A DNA stretch of 64,000 bases from Schizosaccharomyces osmophilus. Lineage: Eukaryota. Within the stretch, counting starts at the first letter, position 1. The number at the start of each line of letters is the position of its first letter. The notes beneath the pieces are model-generated. The model searched no databases, was not told the origin of the DNA, and saw nothing but the letters and a program-made list of their open reading frames with translations. Of this stretch, positions 36,107 to 48,429 are shown in pieces. The position numbers and the translations under genes are program-made. The stretch covers positions 3,348,001-3,412,000 of the forward strand of contig NC_079238.1 in assembly GCF_027921745.1 (NCBI RefSeq), written 5' to 3'.

Positions 36107-36595
36107 GATTATAAGGTGAGTGTCTGGCTAAGGTGAAATGCGAAATCCGCGGCTGAAACCCACGGGTTTTAGCACCAACATGGGAACACTCAAATAAGGA
36201 GAATGGTAATATCCGCAATAAAGTATTTACTGTAATGTTGGTATTTCAGTAATGCGTTTACGAAACCATTGAATATTTCTGCGTGCTACTCTTTACCCTC
36301 GCTATTATGCATTTATAGCTTTTGAGAAGATGAGTGCCGTCACCAAACGAAATAGCTTTCGGTATTGTTTGAAAGGCCAAGGGAAAGGCCAAAAGAAAGT
36401 TACTTACTTGAATCATTGATTTGTTAAAAATAAGGATTCTTTGAATATTTCTATACCCTTACTTAGGAGCTCTAGTATCTTAGCCCTTAAAACAGCGTAG
36501 ATTGTTTCATTCTTTTACCTAAAATTATACCCTAAAATTCATCATAAGTAAGTTATTTAGAAAAAAAGTGGACCTTGCTTAGCTTTCTTGCTTCA

Positions 36596-37633
36596 ATGTG
36601 TGGAAAAGAAATATGGGATTCTCTTTCTCAAGTTGAACATTTGTCAGATGGGACTATAAGTGAGGTGTATGTAGGGGTGAATAAAAGAAACAACATTGCG
36701 TACGTTGTAAAGATTCAAGAAACTAGGTTTAAACGTCCACCACATGATGCGATACGCGGAAGAAATATCTTGAAGGATTTAAAGCATCCACACATTCAGC
36801 GTCTGCTTGGGTCATTTTCCGAGCCTTCTACTTCCTGTTTACATTTGATTACGGAATACAAGCCCTTTGTGCTTTCTGAAATTTCAAACAAATTGCCCAA
36901 AAATGTTAAAATTAACATCGTTTCTCAGCTCGCTGATGCACTTCAGTACCTCGAGAACAATGGAATTTTACACAGGGATATACACCCAAATAATGTTTTG
37001 CTAGCTTCTGAAGAAGGACCAGCTTATCTCACAGATTTCAGCATTGCCTGGTCAGAAGAGTATCCTGGCGACGAAAAGGAAGAACTAATATCCCAGGTAA
37101 GCAAGGCTAGCAGTAGTATATGCTATGCTTTATCTGCAAATTAAATTGACATTTTCTAACGATATATTTTCAATGATTAGATCGGAACTGGTCACTATAG
37201 AGCAATCGAAACTTTGTTTGGCTGCCGAACATATCGGCATGAAGTGGATCGCTGGTCTTTCGGCGTTCTTATTGCAGAGCTATTCGCAGACGCTCCTCTA
37301 TTTGATGACGGAAGTTCGGAGGGTTGGCCTAGTGAGTTACGACTTATCAGTAATATATTTCAAACACTTGGCACTCCGAATGTTGAGATGTGGCCGGTAC
37401 GATGAAATGTCATTTTCAACTTCTATTTAGTGATACTAACTTTATTTTTTAATTTTTAGGAGCTTGCAAATTGCCCTGATTGGAATAAATTCATCTTTCA
37501 CGAATATCCACCAAAGCCATGGGAAAATATTTTGCCGAATACTGATTCAACTGTCCGTAAAGTGGTTTCTAAGCTTGTTAACTATCCAAATCGAGCTTCT
37601 CCAGCTTATGTTATAGACAATATTCATTTTTAG
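36596..37633 (+). CDS. csk1: CDK-activating kinase Csk1; exons 36596-37096, 37181-37396, 37460-37633
   Basis: Atypical kinase with no GxGxxG, HRDIHPNN, TDFS, IGTGHYRAIE; syntenic position. Confidence 0.9.
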
Positions 37634-38060
37634 TTGACTTTTCTCGAAACTAACCTCCAAGATTTTTTAAAGATGGGCTACAAAGTATACGATGAATTTC
37701 AAAGTAACTTGAATTCAAACTTGTAATTTATTAAGTTTTGTCTTGTTTTAACTATATGCCTGTTATTACCGACGATCCTTATGGACTCACCTTTAAGTAT
37801 TTTACTTCCTGGTGTTTGTTTACACCACCACGATGACCTACCTATGCATACCTAATTTACCGCTAATTGCAATGCGAACATCCACAACTCTGCTATGAGT
37901 TCAATTTCTCTAAAATAAGTATCTAAAAAAGAAGGAAAAGTAAATACATATTGATATTAGTTGGACTAATCCATAAAATAATCTGTGATATTATCTAAAG
38001 TGAGGGAAAATTACTTCCAAGGCAATTTTAAGCACCTTCAAGTTAAGTATATATTATACA

Positions 38061-39258
38061 ATGGATTTGGAAGTCGTCGAGTTCCCTCTGCATCATAAAT
38101 TGGCCCTTCCATTTCGAATTGGACTCTTGTTCATTCTGGGTATGAACTGACACCATCGATGGGAGATTCTAACATTGCTTAGGTACATGGCTTTGGTCTT
38201 TTTGCTGCCATTATATTTATTATTTAAACAAACAGGATTTTGACTTTACAAATGCGAGAACTGGTGTACGGCAAGCTACAGTGCTGCCAGGTGCTACTTT
38301 TACGGATCTTCGAACTGATTTGGAGCAAGCGACTTCAAAAAATACAATAATAAAACGAATCAATTACGAAGCTGGATATTGTTTCTCCATAATTATATCC
38401 ATCTCGTGGTTAATAGGCTTTTTGCTTTTCATCCTTAACACGCGCGGTGATGTTAAAGGCTTATATACCCATCCTTTGTATCCAACGATGTGGATGATCG
38501 CAACTGTTGTTTTGGTGACGATCCCTTTCCCTTGGAGATTTCGGCCAGTACAACGATCGCTTCAAAATTGTATTATACGAGTTTTTTTCCTGTTTCACGC
38601 AAATTCCTATTATCCTCACAAAGACCTTCTTTTGTCAGAAATGTTTACATCTTATGCAAAAATGTTGGGAGACTTTTACGTTTTTGGTTGTGTTTTGAAA
38701 GGTCACATAACCAAATACACACTCCGTCCTGACTTAAAATGCGATGGCACCCTTTTTGTTCCATTATTGATGACCTATCCCTTCGTCGTTGCTACACTTC
38801 AATCACTACATTATGCGATAAGGCATAGGAAGACAGCTTTAAAAATAAGCTTACTTAATGCTTTAAAGCATGCGCTGGCGTTCCCACTTATTTACTTATC
38901 TGCACTAATTCATGCCGAACGATCAAAATTTAAATTAGCTTCGAGTCATGGTTATCTTTTTTGGGCTTGGAACTTACTTGCTCTATTAAATTCTGTCTAC
39001 ACTTTCTGCTGGGACACATACGTTGACTGGGGTATAAACTTTCCTTTTGAAAAAGTCCCATCAAGAAGACGCCTTCCGTTTGTTGCCTATTTCTTGGCTG
39101 CTATATTAAATTTCATTCTTCGTATTACTTGGAGTTTGAAGCTTTATCCTAGATTGTATCAATATCATGATTATGAAATGGGTATGTTCTCATTCGAAAT
39201 GCTGGAAGTCCTCCGAAGGAACCTCTGGCTATTGTTTCATTTAGATGCATCCCTTTAA
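38061..39258 (+). CDS. EXS-domain Erd1-like membrane protein; exons 38061-38139, 38183-39258
   Basis: Multi-TM; DLLLSEMFTSYAK, NALKH, SVYTFCWDTYVDW, LRITW, EMLEVLRRNLW EXS motifs. Confidence 0.85.
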
Positions 39259-39511
39259 GCGAAACTAATTGATTATTTGTTAATCGCATATCTCAATTGA
39301 AGGTTTCCCTGAAGTATTGGCTGAACTATTGCGACCCTTTTATAATATAAAAATCTTACTATAGACTTTAATTAGAAACACCTAATTCATATGCGTTACA
39401 TTTTTTTTCTACATACATGTACTAAAAACATTCTTATCCAAATAAGCAGCCGTGTCTATCTAAGATTAGTCAAAAAAGAATTTAGACCATATCCGACAAT
39501 TTTTATTGAAA

Positions 39512-41189
39512 TCACATCCTTTCACGAGCTCTAGGAGCAGCTCTCAAAATTGTGTCAACACGAAGTAAAAGTTGAGCTCCCTCACTACCACTGGAAACGA
39601 CGGCTTGCTTCAACTTCAAGGATTCTAAAATTCCCTTTTCGCTCATATCAGCAATTTCTCCCTTGTCCATATCAAGACCCATTGTGGTTTTACCGTCATA
39701 GTGAGCAGCCTTCAGTTGTGCTACTAGTTCACTGGAATCATAACCTGCATTATCCGCCAAAATGGTTGGAAGTTGAGTAAGAGCTTTAGCAAAAGCGGAA
39801 ACCGCAATAGCACGCTTACCAGGTTCATGAGTTGCTGCCTCTTCAACAGCACGAGCCATTAGCATCTCGGCACTACCACCACCCAAGGTTACTCTAGATT
39901 CCGTAATAGTTTGCGAGAGAACGGCAAGAGCATCATGAACGGCACGTTCAGCTTCATCGAGAAGCTGGTTAGTAGCACCACGCAGGACGATGGTACATGC
40001 TTCACCGGCATCAACACCAGAGAATTTGATCATTTTGTCTTCACCGATGATAACTTCTTCAATTCGTTTACAATGACCAAGCTTGACAAGCTCAGGATGC
40101 TCAAAAGTTGAAGCAATTTCACCACCAGTCACTAACGATAGACGTTCTATACCGTCAAAGTCAGCGTGTTCAATAGACATAATTCCGGCGTCAGCAAAAA
40201 GCTGTTCAGGCCAATTATAGATGAGCTGGCGGTTGATGAAACAATTAATATTATGAGTCTTAATTCTTTCAACCTTATCCTTCATCTTCTCACGCTCAGC
40301 ACGCTCTAATTCAGCAAGTTTTCCAGTGGTGTCAACGCGAAGTCTAGCGCCGAAAACTTTGACTTTGTCGGTATCCATCGGGGTGTTTGCAATGAGTATA
40401 TTGGCATCCTCCATAACTTTGGGGCAGTTTACGCCTATACTTTTGTTGAGAATGAAGCCTTCATCCAAGAAAGAGTCTTCCATTTTACCACCAAGGATTT
40501 TAATGATTTGAATGTTATCCAAATTAATGTTTTGTTTCAACCGAAGAACAGCATCGACTGCTAGTTTTGCAAAGTGATTCTTACTCTGAGAAAGGATTTT
40601 TGACGATAATGTAGTTCTGGCAATATTTTCTAAATCTTTGCGAAACAACTCGGGATCCTTTGAATTGTCTACTGCAGATGCTTGGAGAGCCTCAATAGCC
40701 TTCTTAGCACCAATACGAAATCCGTCAATAATTACTTGGGGATGAATCTTAGAATTTACCAAGATTTCGGCTTGACGAAGAAGCTCAGCAGCGAAAACAC
40801 AGACACTAGTAGTGCCATCACCAACCTCATCATCTTGAACCTTCGAAATATTTACTAAAACCTTCGCGGCAGCATTATCCAAAGCAATTGCTTTTAAGAT
40901 GGTTGCGCCATCATTGGTAACTATAATATCTCCGGAAGTGCCAGACTGAAGAATTTTATCCTAGATTGTTAGATAAAGACGAGAAGTTCTTCATTTTATG
41001 CTAATTAAAAATCGCTTACCATTCCCTTTGGTCCCAAAGTGCTTTTTACCAAATCGCCGACTGCAATAGCGCCAACAAAGGACGACAAACGGGCGTTTTC
41101 GCCTCGTTCTTGAGTTCCTCGATCACTAAAAATTTGATGAGGATTGAAAGACTACTTTGTTAGTGTTGTTTTGATGGTCTTCTTACCAT
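39512..41189 (-). CDS. cct2: Chaperonin CCT beta subunit; exons 41189-41187 (ATG only), 41151-41020, 40960-39512
   Basis: [26 protein letters not shown] and FINRQLIY motifs. Confidence 0.97.
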
Positions 41190-42006
41190 TTCGTAGCTTA
41201 ACGCCTAGGTGAAACGTGTTGGTGGTGAAAGGAAAGCCGAAGAAGCCTGGTCCTAAACTCATGAAATTACCACCACCTATAGGCAACTATTAATCATACT
41301 AAGATTGTAATTTTCTACAGAATAGGAATTTTTATTAATTTAATTTCCTAATTTCTTAAATTCGTAAACTTTACGAATAGGGCCTACATTTGCTTTTTCA
41401 CTTTACCAGACTATCAATGTCTTCAGCAAAAATATATTCAGGATTTTCATTTACCATATCCATATATAACAAGTAGTTAATGCAGAATGAGTTCACAAAC
41501 GAATCTCAATTGAAAGCGCTGTTCAAAAGAAGCAGATTTAGTTAACCTGAGAAAGAATACCTTCCTAAGCATAGCAAGCAGATTAAAAACATCGTAAGAG
41601 AAATAGATTTTCATCAATTTGTATAAGGTAAGTTTGTAGCGAATTTACTAGCTACGAGTTGACATTATAACTTTCAATTCATGCCTCTCTCATTCGTGTG
41701 GAGTAGACAATCGCGCTGAGTATGCTTCTAAGCTATTTTAGTATGTAGATTAGATTTAGTTTTAATATATTTAAATTTTTACTTGGATTAGACGGGAAGC
41801 TGAAACGTAACTTCTGTAAGTGCAAGAATACGAACAAAGTGGGTAGCTGATTGATGCATCAAGGAAATATACTTATATAGTTTATTAATGAATACAGAAA
41901 AACACCTATTCATATAATTCTGTCATAATAATTGGATCACGTTTACAACCTGGTTCACCACTATGAGCCTGACTTCTGCCTGTTGCGATGGGTTTTGTAG
42001 TCTCAC

Positions 42007-43606
42007 ATGGAACAACAACCTTCACAACATTCTTTGGTCCCATCGATTAACGAAGATGTAAGAGAGACGAATTTTGAATTTGTAAATAGCTCTGCTTTGC
42101 TGAACGCCGATGGCATTCCAGCGAGTTTGCCTTCATTGGCATCAAGCGATCATGACGTTCAGGTTTCTTTACCAGAAATAAAAGTAAATGGGGAAAGTGT
42201 AGAACAAATGCTATCTGAGATTTTGTTGGACGATTCACCGCCTCCAGCTGGTGAGATAGTTTCGAAAGCTCGTTCAGCGAGTGAAGTCTACAAGGACAAG
42301 CTTCAAAAGGCCATGTCATCATTTGATTGTGTCCTTGCTAGACAAAAAAGGAAATATTTGATTTTTACCTGTTCTGGAAAGCCAGTGTTTAGCAACATCG
42401 CTGACGAAAACCTTGAACCATCAACTGTTGCCGCTTTGCAGGCAATTATAAGCTCCTTTGAGGTTCTTAAAGAGGACTTAACTTGCTTTGAGACCCTTTC
42501 TACAATCATCGTCGCTCATTCAGCTGGCCCTCTATATTTGGTATGTATTTCGCCATTGACGACGCTTTCACCGGATTTTATGAAAAATGAGTTGAAGCTT
42601 CTCTACCATCAGATATTAAGTACTATTACAAATAAATCTATTTCATCAATTTTGGACTCAAGACCCAACTTTGATTTACGACGTCTCATTGGAAGCAGCG
42701 AACAGTTTTTAAAGGTATTATCAAGCGACCTCGAGAATTATGAACCTTTTTCGTTTTTAAATGCTATATCTCCTCTTCCTTTACGCGTGTCTTTTCGAGA
42801 TCAACTTTCTCAGTTGCTACTGAAAGAGAAACCCAAGTCCCTGATATTTGCTCTTATAGTCGTACAGGGCCGATTAGTTTGCGCTATCAAGGCAAGAAAA
42901 CTCATGCTACATGCTAGTGATCTTTATTTAGTTTTCCTCTCGGTTTTTGGTACCCAGGCCTTCAATGATTCAATGGAGCATTGGGTTCCCATCTGTTTGC
43001 CCACTTTGAATCCTAACGCTTACTTTTATATGTACACTAACTTTATACATCCGGACGTCGCACTAATTTTAGCGAGTAACGAAAGTTCTAGTTTCTTTGA
43101 TATGCAGGCAATGAGAAACACTGTTTTCACTCGTTTAAAAGAGAGGTGTTGGCTTCAAAAAATTGTACATGCTGCAGAGCTCGATCAAGTCTCTTTCCGA
43201 AATCCAGGGTTTCCTTGTATTTTGCATTACTTGTTTTATTCCAAAAAATATTCTCAATTCTATGGCCCAGGATACAAATTTAATGCAAAGGATAATGTTA
43301 AGTAAGTTTCATTTGCTGTTAATTACTACTTTTATGACATTAGTTCTAACTGTTTTTAGAAAACTTTATGCCGTCTACGCCAGCTTACATGATCAAGTGT
43401 ATTATAAAAAGCGATCTTTGTCTATTGACGTGGAAATTCATGGAACTTTAATGCTTTTTACCTGGTCTACATCTTCATTCAATTTTTATTGTGTCGCTAA
43501 TGCAAATGAGAATTTGCAAATTCCGATCGCCAATATAAACAAAATTCTTCGATGGATTCGGAGAGAAGAATCACGCTTATTTATATGTACAAATCTTTCG
43601 TTTTAA
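42007..43606 (+). CDS. aut12: Mon1/SAND family Ypt7 GEF subunit; exons 42007-43301, 43360-43606
   Basis: [38 protein letters not shown] Mon1 motifs. Confidence 0.9.
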
Positions 43607-43895
43607 TGAATACTAGTAATGAAGATAAATACTTATGGACTTTTCTTGAGCATATAAATCGGCTTTCAAAGTAAATATTTCATATACGTACACACACGTT
43701 CATTCGTAGAGTTATTATTGAAAGATTCTATTTTCTTTTTATTTATTCTAAAAATCTATCATGCCTTCACTAAAACAAAAAAAAAAAATGTAAGTTTGTT
43801 TAGTGTTTTTAGTCAGGCATCAGCATGGTGTAACTCCACCAAGCAAGCACCTTCTTGTCAAGTCATCATATTCTTCCGCCGAATACAGGAAAAAA

Positions 43896-45053
43896 ATGTT
43901 TGGTGGTTTAAAAAGCTTTTTAAAAGAAACCTCTGAATCAATAACAGGGATTCATCATGATTCCACAGAAAACTATGGATTTCGGGTCCTGAAGATCCAA
44001 GAGAACTCCAAAACTGCTAATGCAGGAATTGAGTCTTACTATGACTTTATTACAGCTATAAATGGGATAATGCTGGTAAGAGAAAATGATTTTTTTGATG
44101 ACTAATAGACAGAATGGTGATCCACTAATGTTTCGTTCTTTATTGCGGGATTCATCTCCTGAAATAACCCTTGAGGTCTTCTCATTAAAAGGACAAATAG
44201 CTAGAAAGGTTAAAATTGATGTTTCAAATACGGAGGAAGGTATGTTGTATTTTTATTTTAAATTCGGCCAACAAGTGTAATTATCATTAGATTCATATGC
44301 TAACACTAGCAGATAAACTAGGAATGACACTTCAATGGGCATCAATCCATTCCGCAATTGATGCTGTGTGGCACATTCTTAATGTAATTGAAAATTCCCC
44401 TATTGATCTTGCTAAAGTCATTCCTTACCAGGATTATATCGTAGGCACTCCTGAAGGAATGATGACTGGTGAAAAAGCGTTGGCTGACTTAATTGAAACA
44501 GTATGTCGCCTACCCTGCATTACGAAACTAATCTTTTTAGCATCTTAATCGGCCGTTACGTCTTTATATTTACAATCAATATCAAGACAGCACGCGCCAA
44601 ATTACAATTGTTCCGAAAAGAAATTGGGGCGGTGATGGTGCCATTGGCTGTGGTGTTGGGCATGGTGCTTTACATCGTTTGCCAGCTTCTCTTTCAGGAC
44701 CTCCTCCTCAGCCGGGCAATGTAGCCTTTTCGAATCCTTTACTACCACCCACGGATTATTCTGAGACCATAACGAACAATGAGAAAACATCAAATCCCCC
44801 CATCCCGCAAAATGTTTCTTCTCCAACAGCTAACTTAGAAGGAGAGATGCCTATTCCTCATTATCAGAGACATAAAAAGCACAACCGCAATGCTATTCAG
44901 GATTCTACAATCCAAAACTATCTTGAAGAAGAAGAATTGCTCAGTAAACAATTAGATCACAAGGCTCACAATCCTGTGATGGATGCTAATGCATCCAATT
45001 CAGTTCCCCCTCCACCTGTTGCTGCAAACCCAAGCGAGAACGAACAAACTTAA
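43896..45053 (+). CDS. grh1: GRASP protein; exons 43896-44075, 44113-44239, 44310/44313-44500, 44541-45053
   Basis: MFG N-terminus, GFRVLKIQENS, WHILNVIENSP, WGGDGAIGCGVGHGALHRLP GRASP PDZ motifs. Confidence 0.92.
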
Positions 45054-45162
45054 TTTATGACACAACGCAATTTCTACATGATTATTCACCCATAGTAAGT
45101 TTAGATTGTTTTGTTTAGAATAATCAATGACCTTCCAAAAAGTATAAACCAAGAGCTTCCAC

Positions 45163-45921
45163 CTAGCGCGTATCATTTGACCTAAAGCGTTTATATAATT
45201 CGTTTTCCAAATTTGTAGAACCCGCTGATGATTTCAACATATCCTCTATTATACGATCTCTAGCTAAGTCCTCTGAAGATCTAGTAGGTGTAGGGTTTGT
45301 TTTATTTAATCCTTTACGTTTCCGTTTAGATGCTGAACCTTTTGAAGAATCCAAATTCGTGCTCGTGATTCCAACATCGACTTCTTGAATAGCACCCGAA
45401 GCCATTGAATTCTTTTGCGCGTTATTGGGTAAGTCGGCAACAACCGTTGAAGCGTTTTCGTGATCAGTTTCCTTTCTGGGTATAACATCTACACTGTTCT
45501 CATTTTTTTCATAGGGATGTAAACCTTGCTTGTCATGATTAATCTTGGATTCAATATAGGACAATAAATGTTGATTAACATCTATTTCATTCGTCGGTTT
45601 CGCAAAGCGATCCTCAACCGTAGGCAGCGTAGCATTTATTGAAGCGGAATCCTGGATCGTATCCTCATTAGCAGGTACTTCAAATCTTGAATCATTCAAG
45701 GAACTTTTTATTTCTTTTTTATTCCCATCTATTAAATTTGAAGCATTCACTCCGGAAGAAATTAATTTTGTTTTTCTTCTTTTGGCATCTTCCAAAATAC
45801 TACGAACACTTGAGGTATTGTCCTCACCCTCATGATCAGTTTCATTCAAAGGATCCGGTTCGAATACGCGCTTTCTTATATTTGATCGATCGCCCTTTTT
45901 TTTATGATGGAAAGCGCTCAT
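45163..45921 (-). CDS. tls1: Splicing-associated factor Tls1 (C9orf78-like)
   Basis: DRFAKPTNEIDVNQHLLSYIE and GAIQEVDVG resemble Hep_59/C9orf78 motifs; syntenic position. Confidence 0.75.
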   Translation of the reverse strand: MSAFHHKKKGDRSNIRKRVFEPDPLNETDHEGEDNTSSVRSILEDAKRRKTKLISSGVNASNLIDGNKKEIKSSLNDSRFEVPANEDTIQDSASINATLPTVEDRFAKPTNEIDVNQHLLSYIESKINHDKQGLHPYEKNENSVDVIPRKETDHENASTVVADLPNNAQKNSMASGAIQEVDVGITSTNLDSSKGSASKRKRKGLNKTNPTPTRSSEDLARDRIIEDMLKSSAGSTNLENELYKRFRSNDTR

Positions 45922-46026
45922 CTGGAGGTAATGGCATAAAGCTGTTCATCTGAAGTTCCACTCCCAACCTCCCCCCCTCGAAGATAATTTTCCTTGATCT
46001 CATGTACAGGTAAAAATCGAAGGAAA

Positions 46027-48315
46027 ATGCTTACATTGAAGTTATGCTTCAGGAATACTGCAAAAGCTAGTCGTTTGCCTCGGTTTTCTCGCTCATTAAG
46101 AGCCCGAAATTTTGTTACATCTCTTAGACCATCCAGTGAAGACCAATTAATTAAGGATGTGTTTGATCAAAAGTGCTATGGGAATACCTCTAAGTATGCA
46201 AACAAGTTAGAGCAAGTTGGGCTGTTCAAAAATCAGTTTTTACTTGACAAAGATCAGGGATTCATTAGGTTAGCTGAAACTGCGTCTATGAACTGCAAAA
46301 AGCTCATCGAAGAAATTTTGAATGATGATAACAATAATACTTTAAACATAATTCGCTGCTTTGACCGAATTTCGAATTTGCTTTGCAGCGTAATTGATCT
46401 TTTGGAATTTGTACGATGCTCTCATCCTCAAATGGAAACAATTGTCAAAGCCGAAGAGGCATATAACTTTTTATTTGAACTAATGAATATTTTGAATACA
46501 CATCAGGGACTCTACAACAAGTTAGGAAAATCAGTATCGCTTAGTCCCTCTTTAGCCAAACTAGATCCTGAAGCTTACAATGTCGCGAAAGTTTTTCTAC
46601 AGGACTTTGAGAAGTCTGGTGTGAATCTTGATGATTCTTCGAGAAATAAGTTTGTAAAGCAATCCATGGAATCGTCAACGTTAGGAAGGAAGTTCTTTAA
46701 TCGTAGCATGAACAGACCTCAGCGATACATATCAGTTCCTTTGGATTTGCTGAAGGGCTCTGATCCTTACTTTGTTGGCAGTGTTTTTGACGAGAAAGAA
46801 AAAGTAGCTCTTATTCCTACCGTTGGATATGAAGGAGCACAAGCTCTTGTTAGTATTGCCAACTCTGAAGTGCGTAAACAGATATATATTCAAGGGCATC
46901 ACGGAACTGACCAGGATATTTCTCTCTTCGAATTATATGTCAGCTCTAAAAATAAACTTGCAAATGTTGTTGGAAAAAATAGTTTCGCTGAACTTCAACT
47001 ACTTGACAAAATGGCCCGGTCACCCAATTGTGTTATTAACTTCTTAGAAAACTTATCGAAAGAAAATTTACCAAAAGTACGCCAGATACATTCTCTATTT
47101 TCTGGAATGAAACAAATGGACTTAGGTCTAGCAGCCCGTCCTGAAATTCATATATGGGATCGAGAATATTATGTTACGAGGTACAAGCAACAATTATTTC
47201 AAAGGAAATCATTCCTTAGTTCGTCGGTCAATTATCAAAGGGATTATTTGACTGTTGGTACTGTTATACAAGGGTTATCGCGGTTGTTTAATTCTTTATA
47301 TGGTTTACGATTTGTTCCAGCCGAGGTAATGCCTGGAGAAATTTGGGATTCCGATGTCCGCAAATTGAATGTTATGGATGAGAAAAATAGTTTAATAGGT
47401 GTCATATACTTCGACCTATTCACTCGTCCAGGGAAGACTGACGGTGCCGCACACTTTACCATTCGTTCGTCGAGAGAACTAGACAACGTCAGTATAAATG
47501 ATTCTCTAAGTTTGGGATTTTCTGACTATATATCCGAAAAAAATCAACAAACTGCATATCAAATACCTATAATCTCACTTTTGTGCAACTTTCAAAAATC
47601 GAATGATAATAATGCTTCATGTCTTGATTTATGGGATGTTAAAACATTGTTTCATGAAATGGGACATGCTATGCACTCTATTTTAGGAAGAACTAAGTAT
47701 CAAAATTTAGCTGGTACACGTTGTGCTACAGATTTTGTTGAACTACCTTCAATTATAATGGAACATTTTATGGCATCTTCTGAGGTGTTACCCTTATACG
47801 CCCGCCATTATCAAAGTGATAAACCTTTTCCGTCTCAAATTTTAGAACATTATAATCAAGTTGAGGATAGCTGTGTGGCACTGGATCAGCAATCTCAGAT
47901 ATGCATGTCCATGATTGATCAAATTTTCCATTCTGATGCTGTCTCTAAGTCTGACTTTAATTCCATCGATATAGTCCATCAAATAAGCAACCGGTTTAGC
48001 GGATTTGAGTCAGTTCCCAAAACTTCTTGGCATCTTCAATTTAGTCATCTATATGGATACAGTGCAACCTATTATTCATACCTTTTTGATACCGCTCTTG
48101 CATCTTTAATATTCCGAAAGTTATTTTCCAAGAACCCTTTGAAGCGTGAAGCCGGTGAAAAATTTCGAAATACAATTTTAAAATGGGGTGGAAGTCGTAA
48201 TCCATGGGAATGCATAGCTGAAGCGCTAGAAGATCCAGTTTATGCTGAAGGTGGAGAAAAAGCAATGCAGAGAATTGCCAATAATGCTTTCAGTTTTGGC
48301 GATAGAACTAGTTAA
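46027..48315 (+). CDS. oct1: Mitochondrial intermediate peptidase (M3 family)
   Basis: FHEMGHAMH zinc motif, DFVELPS, FSHLYGYSATYYSY; Arg-rich presequence from ATG 46027. Confidence 0.95.
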   Translation: MLTLKLCFRNTAKASRLPRFSRSLRARNFVTSLRPSSEDQLIKDVFDQKCYGNTSKYANKLEQVGLFKNQFLLDKDQGFIRLAETASMNCKKLIEEILNDDNNNTLNIIRCFDRISNLLCSVIDLLEFVRCSHPQMETIVKAEEAYNFLFELMNILNTHQGLYNKLGKSVSLSPSLAKLDPEAYNVAKVFLQDFEKSGVNLDDSSRNKFVKQSMESSTLGRKFFNRSMNRPQRYISVPLDLLKGSDPYFVGSVFDEKEKVALIPTVGYEGAQALVSIANSEVRKQIYIQGHHGTDQDISLFELYVSSKNKLANVVGKNSFAELQLLDKMARSPNCVINFLENLSKENLPKVRQIHSLFSGMKQMDLGLAARPEIHIWDREYYVTRYKQQLFQRKSFLSSSVNYQRDYLTVGTVIQGLSRLFNSLYGLRFVPAEVMPGEIWDSDVRKLNVMDEKNSLIGVIYFDLFTRPGKTDGAAHFTIRSSRELDNVSINDSLSLGFSDYISEKNQQTAYQIPIISLLCNFQKSNDNNASCLDLWDVKTLFHEMGHAMHSILGRTKYQNLAGTRCATDFVELPSIIMEHFMASSEVLPLYARHYQSDKPFPSQILEHYNQVEDSCVALDQQSQICMSMIDQIFHSDAVSKSDFNSIDIVHQISNRFSGFESVPKTSWHLQFSHLYGYSATYYSYLFDTALASLIFRKLFSKNPLKREAGEKFRNTILKWGGSRNPWECIAEALEDPVYAEGGEKAMQRIANNAFSFGDRTS

Positions 48316-48429
48316 TGATTATAGTATATGGCATGTGAAAGTTGATGATAGAAAACAGTTTACTTTGAGTGTGTAGTAATGAAACCAAAAAATTACATAT
48401 ATATTTTTCTCACGTTTAGACGTATAGTG

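Noticed and set aside
37610..37730. Possible fourth csk1 exon (CTAAC..AAG downstream)
   Set aside because: Donor GTTATA is poor, and the unspliced end RASPAYVIDN matches the recalled S. pombe C-terminus
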